NCBI GenBank assembly: GCA_051362555.1
Contig: CM120646.1
Coordinates: 13,392,001 to 13,456,000 of the forward strand
Direction of reading: 5' to 3'
DNA from: Lingula anatina
Lineage: Eukaryota > Animalia > Brachiopoda
DNA: 64,000 bases
Below the pieces are notes generated by a model. That model made no database searches. It saw only the letters and a program-made list of their open reading frames with translations, and was not told the DNA's origin. Positions 51,186-64,000 of this stretch are shown here, one piece after another. A program made the translations under genes and the position numbers. Each line of letters begins with the position of its first letter. Position 1 is the first letter of the stretch.

Positions 51186-54100
51186 GTGTAAGTGCATTTC
51201 CATGATGAAGCCTGCAGTATAGTTATGGTATCTGCAATAAAAATCACTATTTATGCCATTTATTAGCAATGCTGTATGGTAAGCATCTTCTCGAAGCTGA
51301 TCTTTTTTTATTAACATTTTTTAAATTTCATTCAACTATTTTTTCAGAAAGGGTGGGGTCGCCACGACAACGCATAATTTGGACATGTTACTTTTGTTAA
51401 AAAAAGTCACCCTCGCCAACAAACACAAAGGCATTTGTAGACGGATTTGCACAATGGCACAATACACTTTGCTTAGTTGAAAGAACACTTCTGCGTTCTA
51501 AATAGGGTTTGTCGTCTGAGTTTGACGACAATCCGCGTGCCGATGTATGAACACTACCGCTACATACGTGAATGTCACTGTTAATTAGTATCACACTTGA
51601 AATTCATAGTGCCCTTATACGTCTTGATTACCGTTATAGAACCCCTGATTAGATGGTGTTGTTTTCGCCTCAATTTCGAGCGAGCACTGACGCAAAATTA
51701 ATCTTTTTGCAAATGTTCATCAAGTTTTCATAAGTTCAATTGTATTAATATATTTTCAGCTCGGGTCTTGTGTTCTTTCATATCAGTTTTTTCCTGATAT
51801 GATCTAGAGCTCTGTTATGACGAAAATGATAGATATTATAGATATCGTAGAAATAGCTGAATCGAAAGTTTTAAAAAATTAAACAAAAATTTTCAAATTG
51901 ATGTACATATTGTTAAAAAGAGTGATTAAAACAGATAGCAGGAATATGACTTTGACCGCTATTTGTATAGTATTTTCTAGTAAAAGCAAATAACATTTCT
52001 TCAGTATCCCTTTGCACAAATTAGGACCCATCAAACTAGCCGGTCATTGGAAGAAACAACTTTTAATATCACCAAAGAGTAAGCAATCGGATGATTGCTT
52101 CACATAGGATCGATTCATAATTCAGCCAAAACAAATAATAATCGAACCAACTGTTCCAATTCTGCAAGCAATATATCTCAGACCCTGCGCCTTCTCTGGA
52201 AGCGGTTAGACAAATGTACAAGAGGCAATTGCCTTAAGTTTGTACTGATTGATCAACGGGCGAGCGTTCCTGGAGATTTAATTTACATTTGGGGGGAAAT
52301 TGGTCCGCGAGTTGACAGGGTGACGACCCTTTCAATCATCCAGCAATCCCAAGGTGCATTGTGAATTCCCAGGGTGCAATGCAATTCTCGTGCCAGCGCA
52401 CCTCACGCGATCGACTCGGTTAAGTAAATGGCGTTCTGAGAGATCTGACAGGTATACCCTTTCAATCATGTTTCCAATGTCATGGTCAACGGCAAGTCAC
52501 TAGGGGTGTTTTGACTTTCCTTTGTTCGTTGCTGCGCCTTCTGTGTATTCTTGTTTTTCCTTAGTTTTTCTTGGCCGCGTAATTAATTTTCTTCGTTATT
52601 TGAGTTCCAGTCTCCATTCGCTGTGTTATAACTCACTGTTGACTTCGTAAACGAAGCCTGCATTTACTAGCTGTAAAGGATTTGCAGTTGGAAAAACATT
52701 ATCAGCCTACTCAAATGGCTCATGATTTTTTGTATATAGTTCTAACACCAAGTGTTTCGTACCGTTGGATAATATGCCCTTTTCTGTTTTTATGTGCATC
52801 TTCTTCTGATATATATATCAAATAGCATTCTATTTTTCAAAAACGTTTACCTTTGGGTCAAATAATTAATTAGCATTGAATAATCTTTCATTAAGTATCA
52901 TACATCATGAAGTCGGTAATTGGTCGAAATTTTGTGATGATCTGTAGATTTGGAAGTGGCCCTACAAAGACAGGTCCACTGATGACCAAGTTGCCCCCAT
53001 TTATGCCATGACACAGCTGAAAATGTTTTTGGCTACAAATTTGCAAATGATTCATTTACATATTTCACGACCATAGAAAAATAATAAATGAGTAAAAAGA
53101 TAATAATTGAACAAAAAGACTAATGAATAAATGAGAAAATGGCATGTTTTTCAAATGAATGGAAAAGTAGGCCTATATATATAAACCAATATATGAAATC
53201 AATTTATTTAGATGCTGCGCAAGTACGGTAACTACATTTTTTAAAAAACAATGTGGACTGGTGGTATGTTACCCGGTACAGAAGTTTGAAAATTAAAATT
53301 CATGCTGGCATGGAAGATCGAGCATTAATGTCTACAAAAAGTTCATCTTTTCCATGTGATCCGAGCTAGCTGTCACTGCCCTTTCAGACCGTCATTTCTT
53401 CATCAGTCCGTGTCTAAACATTCTAATTAATAAGCACTTCACATAAAAATCAAACATCAAATAGAATCGCCCTAACTCCGACCCCAGTGCATAACTATTT
53501 AATGCTCACATCAGAGTGAATAGTGTAAAGTGGGAAAAGGTGATAACCTTTTCCATCAAACAATTCCCAAGATGCGTGTTTATTAGGTTAGGAAACTAAT
53601 GCATTAGTAGCTAGAAACACCGGAGGATGCTGTGCAGCAGACCGTCAAACAGTTTCTCTCTCATTTAAGTCAGCTAGGTTGTCTTGAATGGATATTCAGT
53701 CATGGTTCTTAACTTTTGATTACTTGGAAAAGGTATTCAGTTATCCCGGACTGTACAAATTGGAATAAAGGGCGAATATAAGCATTTCATTTATCGTAAA
53801 TTGAAAGGAATCTCATTCAGGGTTAAGACAGCAGGCTGATTTTGCAATTTGATTGGCGATTAAGTTCCCTTTGCTGTTTTTTTTTTTCTTTTAAATATTT
53901 TGTCGAAAACACATTATTCAGAATATTTCGTCCCCTTTTGTGACTTGACATTGGCTCAATGACCGTGAAAAGAGAGAGAAAGAGAGAGAGATAGAGAGAG
54001 GGTGGGGGGGGGGGCAGTGCTGAACTGGACATTCCAACGGATTGAATGTGCCTTGTGCATGTTGGTCTTTTTGTATGGAAAGTTCATCCCATTCCGCGTT

Positions 54101-54259
54101 ATTAACTTATAGTATTTTTTGTCATTGTAAATCTTTTCTTGACGTACACTGTACTACATATCCCTTGACATACTAGGCGTTTACATTCATAAACAATGCT
54201 ATTTTTATTGACTTTAATCATACAAACATTTGGCATAATTTATAACTAGATGAATGCTT

Positions 54260-54311
<52 letters not shown>

Positions 54312-54325
54312 GACACAGACAGTGT

Positions 54326-54364
<39 letters not shown>

Positions 54365-54366
54365 CT

Positions 54367-54570
54367 CGATTCGACCCAAATAGAAACGACAATGAATGGT
54401 GATTGTGTCATACATGTTTTTCACATCTAGCACAATTCTATAACCGCTTTCTCTCTCTTTCACAACCCCCCCCCCCCCCCCCCATTTAGCGATTCGACCC
54501 AAATACAAGCCACAATGATTGCTGATTGTGACATATATGTATTTCACATCTACCGCATTCTATAACCGCT
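54367..54570 (+). repeat. ~82-bp direct repeat (2 copies) separated by a poly-C tract
   Basis: cgattcgacccaaata...ttcacatcta...ttctataaccgct occurs at 54367 and 54490. Confidence 0.75.
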
Positions 54571-55979
54571 GTCTAATATTTATCCAGCAAATCTTTATGA
54601 TGACAACAGCCAAGATACCCCCCCCCCCCCCGCCCCCAGAAGCTTTTACAAGAATTTTTACCTAAAACCTCTTTCGAATATATTTCAATCCATTTCATAT
54701 TTCCAAAAAAGGGTTGTGTTTCCGCAGTGTGTTTATAGTAGCAGTGGTGGTAGTAATTTATGGACTTATGCGTTCAAACACATGCAAATTCGGTAGGCGA
54801 ATAAAATAATATGCATGCACACTCTACTCAATGTACACTAGTGTTGCTGCCTGTATGTAATTACTCTGTGACAGGTAAATAAATAGATATATATAGATAT
54901 TCCCTACACATAATGGGTTCATAAAAAAATAAAATACATGTAAAGACAGAGCCAACCGATTTAAATTGGATTACATGCTCTCTCGCTGACGTGACGCATA
55001 CCTTTAAATGGCCAGAGGACAAAAACCAATCGGAGAATAGGACTAAAGAAAACTTTTCTTTCACATTAAAATTGAAACAAAAACAGGATTTTAAAAACCC
55101 ATACCTGATGTGTGTGGACTGATAAAATACTTTAACTGACAACAAAATGAGATATCATAACAAGCCTAAGGGCAAGGGAAATACCTTCAGAGGAATAATA
55201 AAATGCACGAAAAACCGCTGACAAAGCACAGTTGTAAAACTAGCTACAGCTATTACAGGGCTGAGCCGTGCCAGGGACTAAACAGTGGGTATTTCTTTGC
55301 GTTACACTGCCATTCATATTATATGGGCGAGGCACAATCATAAGTTGACAACAGAGATAGGAAGATATGAAAAAGCACACAGAACACAATTATAAGTTAA
55401 TGGAGCTGGGTAAAAAATGAACCACGTCTAAATTGAAATAGGTGGAAAAATTCAGAATTTGACTTTTTAAAGATTAAAAAAATGCGTATTGACGAGTGGG
55501 AATTCGTGAGTATAGAAAAGGTGTCAGAATGAAATAAAAGCATATATTCCACTGATATTGCAATGCAGCGCTTGCTTTTATTTCATATATGATATTTGTA
55601 TGATGCACAAACAACTCCATTATGTTGAATGATACAGAGCTACACCATATATAGAAAGTGGGACAGCTGCCTATAACACTACACAATCAACAGAATGAAA
55701 AACACCATTCTCGATTCTCCACTACCTGTCTTGAGTTTATACTACCCTTCACCTGCGTACTGAATAATGGGCTCATTGATCCTTTGAGTCAATCGTTTTT
55801 TGTGCTATTTCAAAACAGAAATATATTTGCGTAGTTACAAATTAGGTCGGGTCGCAAGAAATGACCCGTTAACCAGAGGTAAACTGCAAGTTACTTCCTT
55901 GTTAGTTAACTAGCAGTGGGCCGGGTGGTTATTTTATCACCGACTGTCAAGATATCGAGGAAAGTTGATCTGGGGCACC

Positions 55980-57143
55980 ATGGCGGTTTTATTAATTATA
56001 ATAAGATTATTTGCATCAATTGCAGGTAAATATACTTACATGTATATACTCATTATTAAAGTAATCATTAATTGTAGTTATTATAGCATTCTGATAGTTT
56101 TTAAAAGCCTAAGTTAGTTACACCTTTGCCATGGAGTAGTAGAATAGGTGAAAATAACAGATGATGTATTGTATGCATGATTTAGCGAAACGCATGCTTA
56201 TTGCGTCTTCACGCTATTTGACATATTGTTAAAAAATAATTCATTATACGAGACCTGACCCTATCAAGGTAATGTTTGTCCATAGATACCTCTCTACTCG
56301 CTATGTTGTAATGGTGGGGGGTTCTTAGATAACAAAACGACACAGTATCATGTGCAAATTAATTTGGGTAGTTTATAATGAATTCAACATCAGTTTCAGC
56401 AACGTCGAATACAACCACAACAATGGATACAACAGCAACGCCGAATACAACCACAACAATGGATACAACAGCAACGCCGAATATAACCACAACAATGGGT
56501 GTAACAACAGCAGCGTCGAATACAACCACAACAATGGGTGCAACAACAACAGCGTCGAATACAACCACAACAATGAGTACAACAACAACTGCAGCATCTG
56601 CAACAGCAATTACAACGACAGGTAAGACAACATTTGAAACAGCAACTATTTCAACTGTAACTAATACACAAATGATGGTATAAATATGTGCACAACTCCA
56701 GTAGTGTGTAATTTTGAAGACACATTAATGGAAACATAACATGACTGTACATGTAAATAAAGTATCTCCAGCTGATTAGAAACGTTACACGTTGAGCTTC
56801 TCTGTGAAATTTTAACATTATTATCATACTTCGATAGAACTCATCCTACCCCTTACATGGTAAACTCCCTAAGACCCCATTTCCGGAGATTAGATCGATC
56901 TACTTTAGATCGACCTAACTCCCTGGGGGTTCACGCTAAATAGCTGTCAGCCGAGCGGACACGAAAGTTAATTACCCCCTTACAGCTTGTAGCAGGCGGG
57001 ACGGACATTTAAGCCGGATTATCTGACAGTAATCTAGTGAGACTCCCCGCGGGGATAGGTCGATCTAAAAGCTTTGGGAATACAGCCTAAGTTGGCAAAA
57101 TAGACTTCGTCATATTTTCGTGCAATTGTGTTTATTCATTTAT

Positions 57144-57181
<38 letters not shown>

Positions 57182-58691
57182 GTTCTTGTAGTTGTTGTTG
57201 TTTTCCCGATGTGATGATGCTAAGCTTTTAAAGCAAATCTGACTAAACATGTGACCTTCGTAGACCTTTCGAGCTATGACTTTTTTATTCATGAAAGTAA
57301 AGAAAAAGAATACTGATTGAAATGTTTTCTCCTCATTACTTTGCAGTTTTTCAAACACCGTTATTAATTGTGGTTGTCCTGGTCACTGTGTGTCATATTC
57401 TCATTTTAGGTATCATACTTATCAGTGTACTTGGTAGCTATGGGGTTGTGATCCTTATATCGGGTATCATCATGGTGGCTTGCTGCCAAAAGCGACGAGG
57501 GTAATAATAATGAGTATTGTGCCATTGTCGGAATGTTTTTTTTTTTATTTTTTTTATTTTATTTTATTTTATTATTTTTTTGTTAAGGAAACAAGATTAT
57601 TTTTTATATTTTCTTTCTTTTTTAACCCACCGATTGTCTATGCAAACGTGCAGTTTAATCAGATATTTAAAAAAAGAACAAACAAAAATTAAAAATGTAC
57701 AACATGTGTGTACACGTGCTTGATTTTGAAACATATACACGTCAAGTTGCGTTTTTAAGTACAAGTATCATGGAACACGATTAAGAGCAAAATTATTTCT
57801 GTCACAAGACTGTATATTGCATATGTTTGTTGCGCATTATTAGAGGTAACGCTTCTTTGAAAAAGATTCACTGATTACAGGCACCAACTAGAAGGGGCAG
57901 GAACAAGACGTTTTGACGCGGACGCTTGGTTGGAAAGAAAGCTTCGAGGTTTATCCGTGAAAAGTCAAAGATCTCTTGCTGCAGCAGACGACAACGGCCC
58001 GGAGCACGTGACATTTGGGAAACAAAAGAAGCAGGGGTCAGATCTTGGAGAGGAAAACATAGGCGGCGCCACGGTTGAGAACTTCCGTATGTCTTACGTT
58101 CCATTAAGTGACGAGACAAAGAGTCCTGGTAAGCCCGAACAAGGTCAATATTACAAATCGTTATTATGTCCAAAGCCCGAGGCAGGTTTTCGGAACCAAG
58201 CCTACGAGGACGTAGATATAATTGGGGCACCGCCTGCTAGAGGAGAGGGAGATGAAGGGATAGAAAAAGAAATTATGACAGACAAAACAAATGCTTCCAT
58301 CAAAATCAATCAAGGCCGTGACTCGCCCATGTTGGAAAATGGTAAAGAGTCAAAAGACAGTGAAACGTCCAATGTAGACAATATAGATCAGCTGTATGCT
58401 CATCCGGTTAAGAAGTCAAAATCCAAGAAACTTCACGAATCGCCCATGGATGATCCAGCCCACACGACCGTAGAAGACAGACATGCAGAGGCAAGTGAAC
58501 AAGCATACGAGAATACTGTATTAGGCGTAATGAACCCCAGCCCTGGGAGAAATGAGGACGACACACGAGAGAAAAACCCAACCGCAGGCAACGGTTCAAA
58601 ACCAGAACCGGAAATGGACGAAGCACCAGAAGAAGTGATCATGCAAGAGAATGATCTGTATGAAATGACAGTGGTTGAAAACGGTAAATGA
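55980..58691 (+). CDS. Type I membrane sialomucin-like protein with long Tyr-motif-rich cytoplasmic tail, ~391 aa
   Basis: Exon 55980-56025 has Kozak gcaccATGG and signal MAVLLIIIRLFASIA. Exon 56394-56621 holds Thr-rich 12-aa repeats with NTT sequons. Exon 57410-57500 gives the TM segment GIILISVLGSYGVVILISGIIMVACC-QKRR (alternative acceptor 57347). Exon 57881-58691 is the acidic tail. Phases 1/1/2 are consistent. Confidence 0.75.
56405..56590 (+). repeat. Coding 36-bp tandem repeat (~5 copies)
   Basis: Unit aatacaaccacaacaatggatacaacagcaacgccg, translating as NTTTTMDTTATP. Confidence 0.85.
56870..57090. mobile_element. MITE family copy 2 (intron 2 of the sialomucin gene)
   Basis: Reverse-complement match to 2912-3107. 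Confidence 0.75.
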
Positions 58692-59896
58692 TCTTCTGTG
58701 TGACATTTGTTATTACACACAAAGTGGTGAAGAGGCATGCAAGGGCATATTTCTATTTAGGTTTCATCCAATTGATATTTTACGTGACATTGAACCCTTA
58801 ATTATCATATGTCAGTCTTGTCAATCGATTTTGTTCATTTATTCATTTATCTTTTATTATTATATTACATTGTTATTATTAACCATGCTATTATCATTCA
58901 TGTTGCTGTAAATTGTTTGCTAATTTTAAACAATCAGTTGCTTTCATTTTGCAGAAGAAGTCCATTGAATGTTAAAAGTGGTCAAAACATAGCATCTCTA
59001 CTATTTTGACTTTATTGGTCCACTCGAGAACATACTGTCAGTGGTCATTATAAACAAAGCAAAAAATATGCCTCTTAACTATATCATTTTATTTCATTTT
59101 CGAAACTAACATGCAACAGTTAAAGAGAGCTTTAATACGAAAGTAATACAATTGTAGATCTTAGCCTTAGGTTGTGGAACTACATGGTGCATTATTTGAA
59201 TCAAATGTAATTGCACATTTTTAGAACGTTGTGACTAAATTCCACCAATACGAGTGCAGATCATGAACTGTGTCATTTAATCAATTTTTTTAGCACACAC
59301 ATTTATATGAAGTGTACATTACAGGTAGACACATATTTCTACCGTGTTAAATACGAGTAAGGTTTGTAGATGAAATTCAACTATACCTATCAATCCAAAA
59401 ACCAATCGCTTTTCATAGTTATCGAAAGACTTGTCGCCATCCATGTAAGCTAGTTGGCCGTGTGTTAGTAGGACTCACATCATGAACCGCAGAAATACGA
59501 AATGAATGGAAAGATAAACAATATATACAGGATTTTCTTTAGTGCAAATGATTATTCAAGAGAACAGAATTTTACTAGTTTTCAAGTTTTACTGTTATGG
59601 AGATTGTTCTGTAAGCCAACGCTGCCGAAAAAGAGTAGTAATTCCGTAACTCGAAGTCCGCCAGTATCCAAGGTCGTTTCATTATCTGGTCAGTCCTAGA
59701 GCAAAATCCGAGGTCGCCCGTAATCTGTACAGGGAACAAACAGCAAACGTTTGGAAAAGCGCCATACTTGGTGTTGCATCAATTGCTTTGCTGCAGATTC
59801 AGAAATGTTACACTATTTTACCATTTCAGTTGAAGTTATTGGAAATTGACAGCTGAATTCCTTTCATCCTTTTTTTTTTTTTTTTTTTGTCACTTA

Positions 59897-60939
59897 CTAC
59901 CAAAAACACCCAACATACAATAAAACGTTATCCGTGCCACTAGGAACGTTGCTCACTGCATTTCTGGTAGCCCTGAAAAGACATATTGTACACATTTTCT
60001 CCATGCTATGTCAATCTCAATTGTAACTCACCATGGCTCTGTACTTGTGCTATTTATCTCGTGTGCGCATTTGGGACGAAGAAAGCCAAGGTATGTAGTG
60101 ATTCACAGTCGGTTCACAAATTGTTTAAAATGTACTGTGTGTGAAATAGGCAAAATGTCACACTTATCAATGAACTTCCCGTAGGGAGTTCATCTCCCTT
60201 TTGAGTATTCAAGGCGGATAGACTTACCAACCAGATAGAAACTGCTTAACCGTTAATACTGAAGCCGATGGAACAGCACTTAAATAGTCATTGACCACGC
60301 CCGTCTGAAATAACCGCGAAAACAACAGGTTTTTAATTAGTCTGAATACCATTTCATTCGTCTATGTACATATATTGTATTGATAAACTGAATTTGCTTG
60401 ACACGGTCTGTAAAATGGAATTAGTAAATTTGTGGTATTATTCCGCCTGCACAGTGTAAAGCAGCATTTTCAACAGAATGTAGCAAATTAAGACATGCTT
60501 CACGAAAAGGCAGGCGTTTGTTGGGTATTAGCTAAAAGTGCAAAAACGTTTTGAGTCTATTACGTAAGATGAAGACTTTCAGTGTTTTAGGGAAGATTGG
60601 CCAGGCTTAATATGAAGCTGGAAATTTTTCTTAGTGTCAGAATCAAGACAATTTAATGCATCTTAGACCCAATTTTCAAAACTAAGAGTAAGTATGAAGA
60701 ATATAAAAAAACCCTACAATGATTCAATTATCATTGTTTTGTAAGATGCAAGGCAAAATACAACACATGGGCATTAATGAAAACTAATGTAAAATATCAG
60801 TACATGAGAGGCGATACGGTTGTACTTACCACATAAGCTGTCGCAAAGGAAGTTCCTGTAACGATTGAAATGCTAAGGATCAATAGGCACATCAATAGGC
60901 ACATTAATAACAACATGGTGTGTGTGCGCTCGCACTTGT

Positions 60940-61013
<74 letters not shown>

Positions 61014-62131
61014 TCAAAGCCATACATTATGTCATACATTGAAGTGATGCACTGAATATCTTACTTTGTGTGAAGAGAAAGCTGGGAAACTTACCGGATT
61101 TTGTGGTGGTTGCAGTTGGACCGAAACTGCTAGCACCTAAGATATCCACACCCTGGAAAAGGAGACATAGGCAAAGGAGCTAGCTACTGGAAAATACAGC
61201 GACACACACACACAAAACATAATTACTAAATAACGTAAATTTTATTTCAAGATTTTCGTAAAACATATCGTACTCGCCATTTTAAATTATATTTCTAAAC
61301 CATGCAAGCTTCTAGAACAACAACCGAACTTACGGCTGCTAAGATATCAATGCATGTTCCGTAATTCGATATTGAACTTGGAAAAGCAAATTGGTTATCC
61401 ACCGCGCCCACTACGATACTAAAAGAAAGGAAAAGAACAGAAGAACATCACCTCAAGCATCCTCAATGTCACTGGAATATAGGATGTGCTATATATATGG
61501 TAATCACATAATTGAATCATGTGGCGTGTTTGTTGCATAAGATACATACATGCGTGGATAAATAAGTGTGTCTTAAAATAGCCGCACGTGAGTTGTTGTT
61601 GTGTGTGTGTAAGCAAGGTGTTTAGATATTTAGATTTTTAAATTGTTTGTGAACTAAATTTACGTCCACCAGAAAGGCTTTGCTGTCACTGTCTGCCATA
61701 TAACAGAATGATGAAAGAAGAAATTAAAAAGAGGTGTATAAGAAGCTTATACATACCTCTGTAAATCATTTAAGCGTACGAGAAAAAAAGGGTTTTACTT
61801 ACGCTTCTGGTGCGCTTCCGGGCACAGTATTACATGAATCATAACCGCCATTTCCCGCTGCTCCTATGACTGGGATGTTCTGAAATAAAACAAAATGAGT
61901 AATGTAATTAAATATAAAAAGATGTTGATATTCTTTTGAATTCACACATGTACACGTGAAAAACCGAAAAAGCGTGAGAACCAGTACGTGTAGTAACATT
62001 ATCATTATAACAGCCATGTCGTTATCAGGACGTTCTAAACCAGAAAATTTATGAAATATAAATAGAAAATTGTAATTTAATGTATATAAAATTCTTAAAA
62101 TCCTTCCCAGACCTTGCTCTTTGTGATACTC

Positions 62132-62185
<54 letters not shown>

Positions 62186-63643
62186 CATGTCATTTATGAT
62201 AAAAGCGCAGAATAAATACAGTCACTTATTATCCCAAAAAGTGTATGTCATATGTGTATACGCACAGCCTGTACTGCCTGTTCAATCGCATCTGCAGCAG
62301 CCTGGGAAGTCCCTCCCCCGGATAATGAAAGGCTGGAAGTTATAAAGACGAATATGAACTGGTCGCTTTACATCTTGTATCATTTACTTTATGTTTGTTG
62401 AACATGTTTTTTTTTTTTTTTTCACGAATACATGTACTATCGCTTTTACCTATTTTACTTATTTGGTTTCAATATACATTGCATATGGGCTTCAGCGAGC
62501 AAGAGCTTACTGAAACCGAACACTAGCCTACATAATGAGGGGAAAAAATGACGGGAGTGGACAATAAAACGCACTCTAAGGCAAAAGAAATAAGCAGGTG
62601 AAAAACTGTATTGTTGTCACAGAGACAGCGATTCATAGAGCAAAATGCAACTAAGGCAACGGCTTGGAAACTGTAACTAAGCGATTCTTTGGTTATATTA
62701 AATGTAGATAGAAGGCGGTAGAGGTCAAAACTGACTAACTACTCACTAATACTTAGAATCTGCCACTGTAGAGCTATTTGAGTGAAAGGGGCAATTGCTA
62801 CGTCGTTTGTACAAAGGCACTTACTTGATGGTACATCTAATTCCTTGTTGTTGCCCGCAGTCAGTGATTGCGTACCCTATGGCGGTAACCAAATCACTAA
62901 AATGTAGAGGATGTTCTATAACATTTTTGTGGCCTCTTTAGATACTAGTAAGATGATAGAAAAGAGTAATTCTTATACCTAGAACCTAGTTGTGAATGGC
63001 TCATTTAGCTTAGTTTCTGCGTCAAGCTAAACTTTTGTCATGTTTTGTAATGTTTCACGGCATGTCACTTTTTGCTCGAGAGTTTTGCAAGTCAGAAAGT
63101 GTTTTAAAAGTACATTTCAATGATACAACAAACAATGTATTTATGCAAAGACCGAGTTTGAAATAGGAACAGAAATAGTAGTTTTTATTTCTCTTTAAAG
63201 CGTTATACTGCTTGTAATGAATTTTAAAACAACAGATTTTTCTTAAATGATATACCATAGGTGACGAATCCTATAAATGTCAAAGAGATATTACAATGAC
63301 AGTGTAAAAAAGACATTAAAACTCTACTCAAGTAATGTAATATCATAATGGGGTTTATGAAACTTAAGGGCCGCATTTACAGCAACGGACTAATAACAGA
63401 TTCGCCGATCAAACATAGCGGACTGACTTGAATGCTTGTCGCGTAATCCCCTCCGTAATCCTAGGGGATTATGTGGCAATTTTTTAAGTGGGTCGCCGTA
63501 TTTGATCCGCGGACCTGTAAGTTCGCTGTTGTGAATGCGGTCATAGACTTACGACGTGAAACCGTTTCCCTGGCCATCCAGAATTCGAACCGAAACAAGG
63601 GTGGCTTTATTTGATGCGCCGTAAAGATTTCCAGCGATGGCAC
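59897..63643 (-). CDS. Proteinase K/aqualysin-like subtilisin (peptidase S8A), 3' part; 5' exons lie beyond the window
   Basis: Exons 63643-63553, 62896-62825, 62332-62266, 61879-61803, 61418-61334, 61152-61095, 60855-60830, 60304-60228 and 59972-59897 splice in phase. Translation: GAIAGNLYGASNKATLVSVRILDGQGNGFTSDLVTAIGYA...TINLSLSGGG...IGAAGNGGYDSCNTVPGSAPEAIVVGAVD...SNYGTCIDILAAGVDILGAS...TKSGTSFATAYVTGVV...PSGTDNVLLYVGCFW*. Oxyanion Asn (AAGN) and catalytic Ser (GTS) are present. Confidence 0.92.
63365..63545. mobile_element. Foldback MITE in subtilisin intron
   Basis: ggccgcatttacagcaacggact...gatcaaacat...cgtaatcccct pairs with aggggattatg...gtatttgatc...agttcgctgttgtgaatgcggtc. Confidence 0.7.
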
Positions 63644-63852
63644 CTGGGTGTCAGAAAGAAAATATACAAAACATTTGGTTTGTGATTGTTGATAGAATCC
63701 TCCCCAAGGAGGTGAGAGCGACTATAGAGTGCAACAGGGCCAAAAATGACCAGGCTTCTCTGACGTAAATAAAAATGTCATTTAAAAATAAATAAATAAA
63801 TAAAAATATATATGTATCACTTCAACCTTCGGGTTGCAATATTTCAATAAAG

Positions 63853-63889
<37 letters not shown>

Positions 63890-64000
63890 GAATGAGTCAT
63901 ATTGATCAGGATGGATTTCACGAGAGATAATGGTACATGTATCTAGCATCAGTGCAGAAACGATAGACGTAGGTAATACGTAACAAGACACCTCTAAGCA

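Overview
AT-rich, intron-containing animal genomic DNA; the gene content points to a marine invertebrate, possibly a deuterostome (inference). Manual splicing with GT-AG sites and consistent intron phases gives seven protein-coding genes. (1-2) A tandem pair of 3-exon RTP/ZAR1-type zf-3CxxC genes on the minus strand (1365-3299, 5685-7045); the first has an ISRE + kB-like + TATA promoter. (3) A 13-exon, ~989-aa secreted protein (10881-25675): signal peptide, triplicated pro-region, RQKR furin site, basic beta-rich domain with a cationic amphipathic helix, mucin stalk, EGF domain and Cys-rich tail. (4) A complete 5-exon secreted single-VWA gene nested antisense in intron 6 of gene 3. (5) A 2-exon Gbx homeobox gene (38030-49448) in a ~30 kb gene-poor region. 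(6) A type I membrane sialomucin with a tyrosine-motif-rich tail (55980-58691). (7) The 3' part of a proteinase K-like S8 subtilisin split into 9 tiny exons (59897-63643, minus). The rest holds Tc1/mariner fossils, several foldback MITEs, a GC-rich 64-bp minisatellite and microsatellites. No rRNA, tRNA or CRISPR array was seen. All gene models are by-eye predictions without transcript support.
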